Virus record (IMG/VR): IMGVR_UViG_3300030397_000280
Coordinates: 1 to 38,345 of that record
Source: a virus
Lineage: Duplodnaviria; Caudoviricetes
Reading direction: 5' to 3' (one strand)
Length of the DNA: 38,345 bases
Shown: in pieces, positions 1 through 7,339 of the stretch
Layout: the number at the start of each line of letters is the position of its first letter
Numbering within the stretch: the first letter of the stretch is position 1
Program-made: the position numbers and the translations under genes
The notes under the pieces: model-generated
What the model was told of the DNA's origin: nothing
The model's database searches: none
What the model saw: the letters and a program-made list of their open reading frames with translations, nothing else

Positions 1-166
1 GCTCTGGGTTCAGGCAGCGTGTGAGCTTTTTGCCCTGCTCTATTGGACAAACAGTGTCGCCCCACATCATTGGCCCCACCTTCTTAGGGCCACCGATCGC
101 GTTTACGCAAGTGGTGAGCGCGTCTTCAATACTTTCGTGAAATAGTTGGTATTGCTGTTCTTTCAC
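1..166 (-). CDS. CII-like phage regulatory protein, module A (partial, runs off window)
   Basis: Hand translation from GTG at 166: MKEQQYQLFHESIEDALTTCVNAIGGPKKVGPMMWGD...LTRCLNPE. It aligns with the N-terminus of ORF 36494-36877 (FHETAEDA...KEVALALW) and lies in the same position after cro. Confidence 0.7.
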   Translation of the reverse strand, partial: MKEQQYQLFHESIEDALTTCVNAIGGPKKVGPMMWGDTVCPIEQGKKLTRCLNPE

Positions 167-219
167 CTTCGTTCACTCTGGTTGAATTGAGTTGAAAGTC
201 CTGAATTTGGTAAAAATTT

Positions 220-450
220 TTAGGCAGCTTTCTTCTTCTGGAGTACGCGAATGGCTTCCATCAATCGGTCCAACGTGTCCGCCCTCGGGTTGTCCTTCGC
301 TCGGTGGTGGAATTTCTCAACCCATGACAAAGACAGGCCACTGATGTCGGCCAGCAGTTGGTATGTCTCTTTTAGGGTTCCTACGGACCTCGCCAGAACT
401 CGAATGTCACGGCGAGCAGACTCTGCTAATTCGCTTACTGTGTAGTTCAT
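220..450 (-). CDS. cro: Cro-like HTH repressor, module A
   Basis: 76 aa; HTH-like segment YQLLADISGLSLSWVEKF..NPRADTL; divergent from the cI-like gene. Confidence 0.75.
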   Translation of the reverse strand: MNYTVSELAESARRDIRVLARSVGTLKETYQLLADISGLSLSWVEKFHHRAKDNPRADTLDRLMEAIRVLQKKKAA

Positions 451-456
451 ATGCTG

Positions 457-486
457 ATACTACACTTTTGTGGTGCGTTTAGTCAA
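457..486 (-). promoter_or_regulatory. PR-like promoter, module A
   Basis: TTGACT (486-481), 18-bp spacer, TAGTAT (462-457) on the minus strand, just upstream of the cro ATG. Confidence 0.6.
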
Positions 487-499
487 TCACCATTGTGGT
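461..499. promoter_or_regulatory. OR operators, module A (two 14-bp sites)
   Basis: TACACTTTTGTGGT (461-474) and ATCACCATTGTGGT (486-499); the same motif recurs at 1659-1672 and 1693-1706. Confidence 0.7.
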
Positions 500-523
500 G
501 CATGGCGTGAATAGAATGCGTGT

Positions 524-856
524 ATGTCAAAGAAACATTCTGAAACCACTCATCTAGCCGCCGAAAACATTAAAAAGTTCAGGCAGCTCCGTGAGCTATC
601 ACAAGACGCGCTAGCAAAGAAGTTAGATACTTCCCAATCAACGATTATTGCGTGGGAAAAGCCCTCGCGCTCTCCAACAGCAAACTCCCTTCACAACCTT
701 GCAGCCGTTCTTAGGACGGAGCCGTGGGTGTTTTTGCTCAACCAGGATGATGAGGTTATTCGTTTGCTGGATCTTTTCTTCTCTCTCGAAGCGGAAGGAA
801 GGCGGGTCGTTTTGTCTGTTGCCGAAGGTCAGGCACTGTCTCAATCAGATGATTAA
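524..856 (+). CDS. cI: CI-like XRE/HTH_3 repressor without S24 peptidase domain, module A
   Basis: NIKKFRQLRELSQDALAKKLDTSQSTIIAWE is a typical XRE HTH; 110 aa; divergent from cro across the operators. Confidence 0.8.
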   Translation: MSKKHSETTHLAAENIKKFRQLRELSQDALAKKLDTSQSTIIAWEKPSRSPTANSLHNLAAVLRTEPWVFLLNQDDEVIRLLDLFFSLEAEGRRVVLSVAEGQALSQSDD

Positions 857-938
857 GCCGGTGGTCGAGTTGGTCAAGTATTTCTTCAAGGTCATTGCGA
901 ACGTCACGCAACAGGTAGAAGTCTTCGTTCTTACGCAT
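756..938 (-). CDS. Small helical protein convergent with and overlapping the cI 3' end
   Basis: GGAGG SD 7 nt before the ATG; amphipathic N-terminal half; syntenic counterpart at 37516-37716. Confidence 0.45.
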   Translation of the reverse strand: MRKNEDFYLLRDVRNDLEEILDQLDHRLNHLIETVPDLRQQTKRPAFLPLRERRKDPANE

Positions 939-1042
939 TTTCGATCCTCCAAAAACTCAGGCTACCAGCCTGGATTCTTATTTCTTGATAATGGCCTTTT
1001 GGGGATTGACCTATGTGTCATAACACAGGGGAAGTTGAAACA

Positions 1043-1261
1043 ATGAAGCATATTGCAATCCTGCTTTCAATCTTTTTGGTCGGCTGCGCTCCGGTTGTAG
1101 TTAATTCAACCCCCAAAACCGTGGTTATTAAAAACGCCAGCCCTGGTAACGCGTCACAGCAGTTGGCCGACGCTGAGTGTCAGAAATATGATCGCTGGGC
1201 CGTGCATATTCCTGATAACCAGCGTGACGGGTACATGACATTTGAATGCAAGGATGAATAA
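1043..1261 (+). CDS. Small lipoprotein, candidate superinfection exclusion factor, module A
   Basis: MKHIAILLSIFLVG-C lipobox starting at ATG 1043; two further Cys; located between cI and PL. Confidence 0.7.
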   Translation: MKHIAILLSIFLVGCAPVVVNSTPKTVVIKNASPGNASQQLADAECQKYDRWAVHIPDNQRDGYMTFECKDE

Positions 1262-1263
1262 GC

Positions 1264-1596
1264 ATGGGAATTTGGAAGAACACTGCCATAGCCGCCATCC
1301 TGCAGACCGACTATGGGTTTTCTCCAGATTTTGCGAGCATGGTTGCTCGCTCTGCCACATCAGAGCCGACGCTTCCTGGAACCGACCTGAATCCCAAGAA
1401 ACTCAAAAAACATGAAATTGCCGGATGGGCTGCACTCACCACCTGCCTGCCCCCGGACGGACTAAAAGTAGGTGATTTTGAATATCTCAGCGTTGTAGAG
1501 CTGACAATAGCGAGATACTACCAGCGTGGAAAAATTCGGCCTTTAGTAATGGCCACGCTTCACGAAATGTCTGAATTTATACGAACCCAGCAATAA
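1264..1596 (+). CDS. Hypothetical protein, immunity-region accessory gene (module A only)
   Basis: 110-aa ORF starting 2 nt after the lipoprotein stop. Confidence 0.65.
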   Translation: MGIWKNTAIAAILQTDYGFSPDFASMVARSATSEPTLPGTDLNPKKLKKHEIAGWAALTTCLPPDGLKVGDFEYLSVVELTIARYYQRGKIRPLVMATLHEMSEFIRTQQ

Positions 1597-1658
1597 CCGC
1601 CCCATAGCTCATTCTCTCGTTAGCCATTGCTAGGCATGAAAGCGTTTGTCCTATGTAC

Positions 1659-1706
1659 ACCACTTTAGTGGTTGACATACATTCCGCAATTCTCTACTAT
1701 TGTGGT
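1659..1706 (+). promoter_or_regulatory. PL-like promoter with two OL operators, module A
   Basis: TTGACA (1672-1677), 17-bp spacer, TACTAT (1695-1700). Operators ACCACTTTAGTGGT (1659-1672, near-perfect palindrome) and TCTACTATTGTGGT (1693-1706). Confidence 0.85.
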
Positions 1707-1735
1707 GTAATCAATGTTCACTAACTGGAACACCA

Positions 1736-1864
1736 ATGCCCTCAACAGCCCTACAAGACTTTGCCTACGACGCTGAATACCTGCGTGGGTTACTGCGCGA
1801 AACCAGCAATGAGTTTTGCCCGGAATGTGACTGGACAGACCACGAGGCGGATGAGGCTGTATTG
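1736..1864 (+). repeat. Direct repeat, copy 1 (matches 38217-38345)
   Basis: 129 bp with 2 mismatches (1753, 1759); 1760-1864 is identical to the window end. Confidence 0.95.
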
Positions 1865-2227
1865 CTTGAAGGCGAAGACCGGATTGCAGTGGACGACTGG
1901 CGACCCAACGGGGAAATGCACCACTGCTGCCCTTGGTGTGAGGCTGAGATATCGAACAACGACCCTACGGACAACCGCGAAGCCATTATGGATGGCGTCT
2001 GGATGCTGCTGGCCGAGTGTGACCGGCGCGACAAGCGTATCACCATTGCGTCTATAGCGGCCCATGGTGGTCGATACCTGAGCGTAAGCCGTGAGGACAA
2101 ATCAAAACCCAAGGGCTACACCTGGAAGCACTCAATCTACACAACCGGAAGCCGGGAGTTGTTCAACCATCACCACGCCTCGCTGCTGGTATCTGACCTT
2201 TACAAAGAACTGGATTATCAGTTGTGA
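1736..2227 (+). CDS. First PL-operon gene, hypothetical Zn-binding protein
   Basis: CPEC and CPWC motifs; the ATG 1736 start is supported by the second copy beginning at the same codon (38217). Confidence 0.75.
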   Translation: MPSTALQDFAYDAEYLRGLLRETSNEFCPECDWTDHEADEAVLLEGEDRIAVDDWRPNGEMHHCCPWCEAEISNNDPTDNREAIMDGVWMLLAECDRRDKRITIASIAAHGGRYLSVSREDKSKPKGYTWKHSIYTTGSRELFNHHHASLLVSDLYKELDYQL

Positions 2228-2316
2228 AGGTTCTCAAAGAATTTATCGCTGGCCTTATCGCCATTTTCATTGTTCCGCCAGCAATCATCCTGATTGCCCA
2301 CTGGCTTACGAGTTAA
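2224..2316 (+). CDS. 30-aa hydrophobic membrane peptide
   Basis: GTG overlapping the upstream TGA; MKVLKEFIAGLIAIFIVPPAIILIAHWLTS; fills the gap before erf. Confidence 0.5.
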   Translation: MKVLKEFIAGLIAIFIVPPAIILIAHWLTS

Positions 2317-2325
2317 GGAGTCACC

Positions 2326-3042
2326 ATGAACGCCAAATCAGAATTAGTTACCCAGGAAGAAACGCTTCCTGTACCGGCAAGCGAAACGAACGCCATCATG
2401 GCCCTGATTGAACGGGCCGCAACGTCAAGCGACGTTGATGTGGACAAGCTGGACAAACTGCTTTCCGTAAAGGAACGCTGGGACGCACAGCAAGCGAAAC
2501 GTGAGTATGACCAGGCCATGAGCCTGTTCCGCTCCAAAGCCCCCACAATCGCTCGTAAGGCTCAGGGACACAATTCCAAGTATGCAAGGCTCAGTGACGC
2601 CATTGAGCAGATTAAACCCGCCCTGCTGGACTGTGGGCTGTCTCATTCATGGCGCACGGAGCAGTCTGAGGGCTGGATAACAGTCACATGCGTGGTTACG
2701 CACGTAGGGGGTCACTCGGAAAAGACCAGTCTTTCCAGCCCACCTGATGCCAGCGGTGGTAAGAACAACATCCAGGCAATTGCCTCCACGGTTTCCTATC
2801 TCGAACGCTACACCCTGTTTGCCATCCTCGGCCTTTCCAGCGCGGAAATGGACGATGACGGTGCTGGCTCAGATAACACGCCAGTCACGGACGAGGAGGC
2901 CGCACGGCTGCGGGATGAGTTGGAAGCTGTTGGCGGAGATGAGAAAGCGTTCTGCACGTACATGAAGGTTGAGTCACTTGAACAGATTCCGGCCCGGAAA
3001 TTCGAGTCAGCCCTGAAAACGATTCAAAGGAAGAAAAAATGA
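2326..3042 (+). CDS. erf: ERF-family single-strand annealing recombinase
   Basis: KYARL..I, H.GGHSE, QAIASTVSYLERYTL and DDDG motifs; AGGAG SD. Confidence 0.9.
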   Translation: MNAKSELVTQEETLPVPASETNAIMALIERAATSSDVDVDKLDKLLSVKERWDAQQAKREYDQAMSLFRSKAPTIARKAQGHNSKYARLSDAIEQIKPALLDCGLSHSWRTEQSEGWITVTCVVTHVGGHSEKTSLSSPPDASGGKNNIQAIASTVSYLERYTLFAILGLSSAEMDDDGAGSDNTPVTDEEAARLRDELEAVGGDEKAFCTYMKVESLEQIPARKFESALKTIQRKKK

Positions 3043-3677
3043 GAATCGTTGATTGCGAGCAAAGGTCGGAGGCATGGTTTCAGGCCCGTGCAGGCAGGCC
3101 AACAGCCTCAGAAGCCGCCAAGATCCTCACCAGCACCGGGAAGAAGTCCACGCAATGGAAGGGCTATATGTACCGCCTGGTGGCCGAGAGAGCCGGACAC
3201 GCTGAATCCTTCATGGAACCCACTGAGGCCATGCTGGAGGGAATCAGGCGCGAACAGGAATCCATAGACGCCTATGCATTTATGACCGGCCACGAGGTTA
3301 CGCCTGTTGGCCTGGTGATATGTGACAAGACCGGCGCTTCATGCAGCCCTGATGGACTGGTGAAAAGTGCTGATACCTGGATCCACGGCACGGAAATGAA
3401 AAACCCGAACCCTGGAACCTTTTATGACGAGCTGGACGCTGACAAGGTGCCAGCCAAATACATTCCACAGCTTCACTTCAGCCTGGCTGTAACCGGCCTG
3501 CCCCGCTGGGACTACGTGTGCTACATCCCGAACGAAGCACCCATCATTCACCAGGTTGAGCCAAACGATTTCACCGAGACCATGCAACAGGCAATTGCCG
3601 ATTTCTGCGGCGAGCTGGACAAGACCTGCGAACGGCTTGGCGTTCCCCTGATTGAAGAGATCAAGGAAGCCGCATGA
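3039..3677 (+). CDS. YqaJ / lambda-exonuclease family protein
   Basis: QRSEAWFQAR.G..TAS, SPDG, E.KNP, Y.PQ motifs; coupled to erf. Confidence 0.9.
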   Translation: MRIVDCEQRSEAWFQARAGRPTASEAAKILTSTGKKSTQWKGYMYRLVAERAGHAESFMEPTEAMLEGIRREQESIDAYAFMTGHEVTPVGLVICDKTGASCSPDGLVKSADTWIHGTEMKNPNPGTFYDELDADKVPAKYIPQLHFSLAVTGLPRWDYVCYIPNEAPIIHQVEPNDFTETMQQAIADFCGELDKTCERLGVPLIEEIKEAA

Positions 3678-3847
3678 GCCGGAAGTGCACCGAATGCGGA
3701 GAACTCAAGCGCCTGGACCAGTATCCAGTTCGAGGCGGCTACCGGCAGCGGGTCTGCCGCACCTGCAAGGGGCGCAAGGTGTCGATATACAAAGAGTGCG
3801 TCCGCAACCGTAAGTACACCAAGCTGCTGTCATGGCCGGCTCCATGA
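3674..3847 (+). CDS. Small Zn-finger protein (57 aa)
   Basis: ATGA overlap with the exonuclease stop; CTEC...CRTC (hand translation). Confidence 0.6.
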   Translation: MSRKCTECGELKRLDQYPVRGGYRQRVCRTCKGRKVSIYKECVRNRKYTKLLSWPAP

Positions 3848-3894
3848 TTTCCCTACCCACCGTTCATTCATCACTCCCGAACGTGGTGGGCTTT

Positions 3895-3947
3895 GCTGGA
3901 CCCCGCCCTTCCCCCCTGGTGCAAACCTCGGCGGGGTTCAGCTTTTC
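3895..3947 (+). terminator. Intrinsic terminator-like hairpin in the PL operon
   Basis: GCTGGACCCCGCC / GGCGGGGTTCAGC 13-bp stem followed by TTTTC. Confidence 0.55.
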
Positions 3948-3989
3948 TGTTGAGAAATGGGGCACCGGGTAAATGGTTAAGGAGTAGAT

Positions 3990-4469
3990 ATGAGCAAGCC
4001 AAACGATAGGAGTAATGACATGACAAACGAAAGCACACAAGTAATCGAAATCAATGGCGTGAAAATGGAAGTGGATATGCGCTATGCGAAGCGCGTTGAC
4101 AGATTCCGTGTTGGCTCAAAAGTAAAGATGCTTATCAAGGACGGAAATCGCGTGGTCCCTGGTGTGGTGGTCGGCTTTGAGCCATTCGATTCCCTGCCAA
4201 CCATTGTTGTCAGCTATGTTGATGACACATGGAGTGGTGTTGAAATTAAATTTGCCTACGTCAATTCAGAGTCGGCAGGCAAATACGAACTCATGCTATC
4301 GGTTGATGATGAAATGCCCATTGCGCGGGACATTGTTCTCAACAAGATGCAGAAGCAAGAGGAAGAAGCGATAGAGAAGCTTAATGATATTCGCAAAAAG
4401 CGTGACTACTTCCTTCAGCACTTTGGTTGCTACTACGAACCTGAAAAGGAAGAAACGGAGGCGGCATGA
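3990..4469 (+). CDS. Hypothetical phage protein
   Basis: 159-aa ORF with AAGGAG SD; alternative start at 4020. Confidence 0.75.
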   Translation: MSKPNDRSNDMTNESTQVIEINGVKMEVDMRYAKRVDRFRVGSKVKMLIKDGNRVVPGVVVGFEPFDSLPTIVVSYVDDTWSGVEIKFAYVNSESAGKYELMLSVDDEMPIARDIVLNKMQKQEEEAIEKLNDIRKKRDYFLQHFGCYYEPEKEETEAA

Positions 4470-4783
4470 GCCTCCACCAGCTACCCGATAAGTTTCGGGA
4501 ACATGCCGCAGCCATCGAGGACGAGGACCCGCTAGACGTTTACGCCATTGCAGCATACAGGCAATGCGCCGACGAACTTCAGGCGGCATTGCCGGTGTGG
4601 GTGAAGATTACGGATGACCCTGAGACGTGGCCTACCGTGGGCGATTGGGTCATGGGGTCTTACGGGCCTAGAGATTACGCTCGATCCATGATGTTTATTG
4701 ACCATACAAAACGCAGGACTTACGGCCGCTACTGGCGACCAATTATCGAAGGAATCGACACCCCACCGGAGGAACAGGTATGA
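4466..4783 (+). CDS. Hypothetical protein with DUF551-like C-terminus
   Basis: ATGA coupling; W..I.DDPETWP...YWRP...TPP pattern shared with 5414-5617. Confidence 0.65.
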   Translation: MSLHQLPDKFREHAAAIEDEDPLDVYAIAAYRQCADELQAALPVWVKITDDPETWPTVGDWVMGSYGPRDYARSMMFIDHTKRRTYGRYWRPIIEGIDTPPEEQV

Positions 4784-4962
4784 AGCTCAAACCCATAGAC
4801 GACTGCCCAAACCTCACTGCTTGTCTGTTCAGATGGCCAAACGGCGACTATCGCTCTGGGGAAAAGCACTGGGAATGGTTTTTTATTCTGGGCGCAACCT
4901 GGGACGGAGACCCACCCACCCACTACTGCGAGCTACCAGAGCCGCCGGAGGATGAATTGTGA
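4780..4962 (+). CDS. DUF551-like small protein
   Basis: C-terminal PTHYCELPEPP resembles the THW..LPEPP motif; coupled. Confidence 0.6.
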   Translation: MKLKPIDDCPNLTACLFRWPNGDYRSGEKHWEWFFILGATWDGDPPTHYCELPEPPEDEL

Positions 4963-5204
4963 ATGATGCACTGACATATGAGCAGGCGGTAGATCGTGGA
5001 GACCGGCTTCTAGGGGCGGCACACAGAGCAGAGCAGGAGAACAAGCGCCTGAACAGCCGACTTGAAGCGCACAAGGAGATATTCAGTTGGCTGATGGGTG
5101 AGACAGGCAGCTTTCCACCATCAGAAGCCGGCAAGCGTTATGCGTTTCGTTCTGAGCTGAGAAAGAGACTGGCCATGCTTGATGAACAGGAACCCGAATC
5201 ATGA
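4959..5204 (+). CDS. Hypothetical protein
   Basis: GTGA overlap; GGAGG upstream. Confidence 0.65.
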   Translation: MNDALTYEQAVDRGDRLLGAAHRAEQENKRLNSRLEAHKEIFSWLMGETGSFPPSEAGKRYAFRSELRKRLAMLDEQEPES

Positions 5205-5238
5205 GCATGTCAAAAATACCGATACCGGAGGATGAACT

Positions 5239-5421
5239 GTGAATGACTTACCTGTTTTTATACCCCACGACCCCAGTGACTACGATGTGCATACCATGTC
5301 AGTGCGGGGAGATGTTAAGTGGATAAACGGACACCTGTACCAACTCAGATGGAACCAAGAGCGGCTAAGCGACTGCTGGACGCTGGTAGATGGCGAGCCG
5401 GGAGGCAACAGCAATGACTGA
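5239..5421 (+). CDS. Hypothetical protein
   Basis: GTG start in the same junction sequence as ORF 4959. Confidence 0.6.
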   Translation: MNDLPVFIPHDPSDYDVHTMSVRGDVKWINGHLYQLRWNQERLSDCWTLVDGEPGGNSND

Positions 5422-5617
5422 CGCTGCCTGGTCTCAGATTAACGACGACGAGGAAACATGGCCTGAAGAAGGTCAAGTCTGCCTGTTCGTGCTGTCGGTG
5501 AGGGGCAGACATGAACGCCATTTTTATCGGTTCACTCAGGAGCGCCGCAAGCTGCTGGCGAATGCATTCTGGCGGCCCCTTAATGATTCAGATACTCCGC
5601 CGGGACTAAACCCATGA
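5414..5617 (+). CDS. Hypothetical protein, paralog of the 4466-4783 C-terminus
   Basis: GGAGG SD, ATG 5414; WSQINDDEETWP...FWRPL..DTPP. Confidence 0.65.
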   Translation: MTDAAWSQINDDEETWPEEGQVCLFVLSVRGRHERHFYRFTQERRKLLANAFWRPLNDSDTPPGLNP

Positions 5618-5802
5618 GCGAAGCAATGGTAATCGTATTTTTTGTCTGGATTCTTCCAAGTTTCATTGTCGGGGTCCTGTTTGGGTTTATCGCATGTGTG
5701 ATCAATGACGCCCTGGCAAAACTTGTTGCGAAGAAGCTGTTCCGCAGAAAGAACGAGCAGAGAAAGCCGTTCGGCAGCCCCAGGGGCGGGGAGTGGCTAT
5801 GA
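5614..5802 (+). CDS. Small membrane protein
   Basis: Long hydrophobic N-terminus, basic tail; coupled. Confidence 0.55.
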   Translation: MSEAMVIVFFVWILPSFIVGVLFGFIACVINDALAKLVAKKLFRRKNEQRKPFGSPRGGEWL

Positions 5803-5996
5803 AGTGCGATAGGTGTAGCGGAAAAGGTCGCAACGTAGTGCTTGATGACTACGGCGTCGCGCTGAGCGTTTGCGACCATTGCGATGGCAGGGGCCGGGTG
5901 GTGGGGGCCGAGAGATTACGTCAAGCCCTCCAATCCATTACCAAAGCCAAAACCCTCGACGAAGCAAAGGCATTAGCGGAGGCGGCCACAAAATGA
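5799..5996 (+). CDS. Small DnaJ-type Zn-finger protein
   Basis: CDRCSGKG and CDHCDGRG (CxxCxGxG twice). Confidence 0.65.
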   Translation: MKCDRCSGKGRNVVLDDYGVALSVCDHCDGRGRVVGAERLRQALQSITKAKTLDEAKALAEAATK

Positions 5997-6400
5997 GACT
6001 CGAAACAGCAATAAATTCAATCCACGCCCCACAGGGTGTTACAACCCTAATCAGTGGGCTTTTGTCTGGAGACTTTGACTCGGTATTTCATAAAGACGCC
6101 GTCGGGAAGTCACTGGGGGAAGTCGAAGATATGCTGGCGGGAGTTAGAAGGCAGCAAAGAGACTGCGCTTCCGATGCAGCTTGGTGGGGGTATAACGGCG
6201 AGATCGCATATCTCGCAGCTGTTCGAGACTTACTGAAAGCAGCAGAGATTACCGGACCCGACAACCTCCCGGACGTAGACATTCCCGATTTATCGGCTGG
6301 AATTGTAATGGACCTTCAGGCCAAAGTTACCCGCTTCGGAGCAGAGGTCCTGAAACAAGCAAAGGCATTGGCGCAGGAGGCTGTGAATGAACGGAGCTGA
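5993..6400 (+). CDS. Hypothetical protein
   Basis: ATG 5993 overlaps the upstream stop; GGAGG upstream. Confidence 0.65.
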   Translation: MRLETAINSIHAPQGVTTLISGLLSGDFDSVFHKDAVGKSLGEVEDMLAGVRRQQRDCASDAAWWGYNGEIAYLAAVRDLLKAAEITGPDNLPDVDIPDLSAGIVMDLQAKVTRFGAEVLKQAKALAQEAVNERS

Positions 6401-6674
6401 ACAAATCGCCGAAGAACGGCAACGGCAGATTGAGAAAGAAGGCTATGCCCCAGAGCATGATGACGAGCATCAAGGCTTTGAATTGGCAAAGGCGGCTGAG
6501 TGCTATTTAAACGCTGCAATGGGCGAGAACCTGGGAATCCTGGATCTGTATTGGCCTTTCTCAGATGGCTGGAAGCGATCAGAAGACCCCATTCGCAACC
6601 TGGTGAAAGCAGGCGCACTGATAGCGGCTGAGATTGACCGACTAGAGCGAGCGAAGAAGGCTGTTGATGGGTAA
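6387..6674 (+). CDS. Conserved all-helical phage protein
   Basis: ERQRQ..EG...EHDD.H...ELA.AA..Y...WP...R.LVKAGALI.AEIDR pattern, familiar from proteobacterial phages; function uncertain. Confidence 0.75.
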   Translation: MNGAEQIAEERQRQIEKEGYAPEHDDEHQGFELAKAAECYLNAAMGENLGILDLYWPFSDGWKRSEDPIRNLVKAGALIAAEIDRLERAKKAVDG

Positions 6675-6960
6675 CAAAATGACAGCAGGCCGTATCGAGG
6701 GTGACCATACGGGGTGGGCGCTGATGCCCTTCGTCGGGGAAACAGCCCACCATTGGCAAGAGTGGCCCCTGGACGATCAACTACGAGCAGATGGACTTCC
6801 GGATATTAGTGAAGGAGGCCGCCGCCGCTACTGGAAGTCGTTGTGCGGCCATACGGCTGCCACCAATGACCGATTTACCCCACTACACCCAGGCTCATGG
6901 CCGCTTTGCAAGCGTTGTCAGCGGTCCCTGGATAAGGGAGCGCAGGAGGCTGTGAAGTGA
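6667..6960 (+). CDS. Hypothetical Zn-binding protein
   Basis: H..W, SLCG and CKRC motifs. Confidence 0.6.
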   Translation: MGNKMTAGRIEGDHTGWALMPFVGETAHHWQEWPLDDQLRADGLPDISEGGRRRYWKSLCGHTAATNDRFTPLHPGSWPLCKRCQRSLDKGAQEAVK

Positions 6961-7145
6961 GGGCTTGGACAGATTCAGATTGGGCCATGTTTGTCCACAA
7001 GCGCGTCTTGAAAGAAGGCCAAGTGGAGTTCAAATGCCGCAAAGGATTTTGGTCCGTGTCAGGCAGTCAGGATGACGAAGATCGTGTTCGCAAAGAGGCT
7101 CAATACTACTTCGCTCAATACTGGTTTGATGGGGAATACGCATGA
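6957..7145 (+). CDS. Hypothetical protein
   Basis: GTGA coupling; GGAGG SD. Confidence 0.6.
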   Translation: MRAWTDSDWAMFVHKRVLKEGQVEFKCRKGFWSVSGSQDDEDRVRKEAQYYFAQYWFDGEYA

Positions 7146-7339
7146 ACAACGAGCCTCCCCTCAATCAGCACGCCGAATACCTGATGTTTCGAGAGGCCCA
7201 TGACCCGAAGCCAGCCATTGTTCATGCAGAAAACGAGTTTCCCTCATTCCGCCCCTGGGAAACTGCGGATATCTATATGGGGCTTGGGCTGGAGGCCGAG
7301 TTTCCTATAACAGGGATTAAGGGAAGCCCAAGCGGATGA
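7142..7339 (+). CDS. Hypothetical protein
   Basis: ATGA coupling on both sides. Confidence 0.55.
   Translation: MNNEPPLNQHAEYLMFREAHDPKPAIVHAENEFPSFRPWETADIYMGLGLEAEFPITGIKGSPSG

Noticed and set aside
6387-6674. Named anti-defence protein (e.g. Acb2 or Tad)
   Set aside because: No recognisable match to those families; left as a conserved phage protein.
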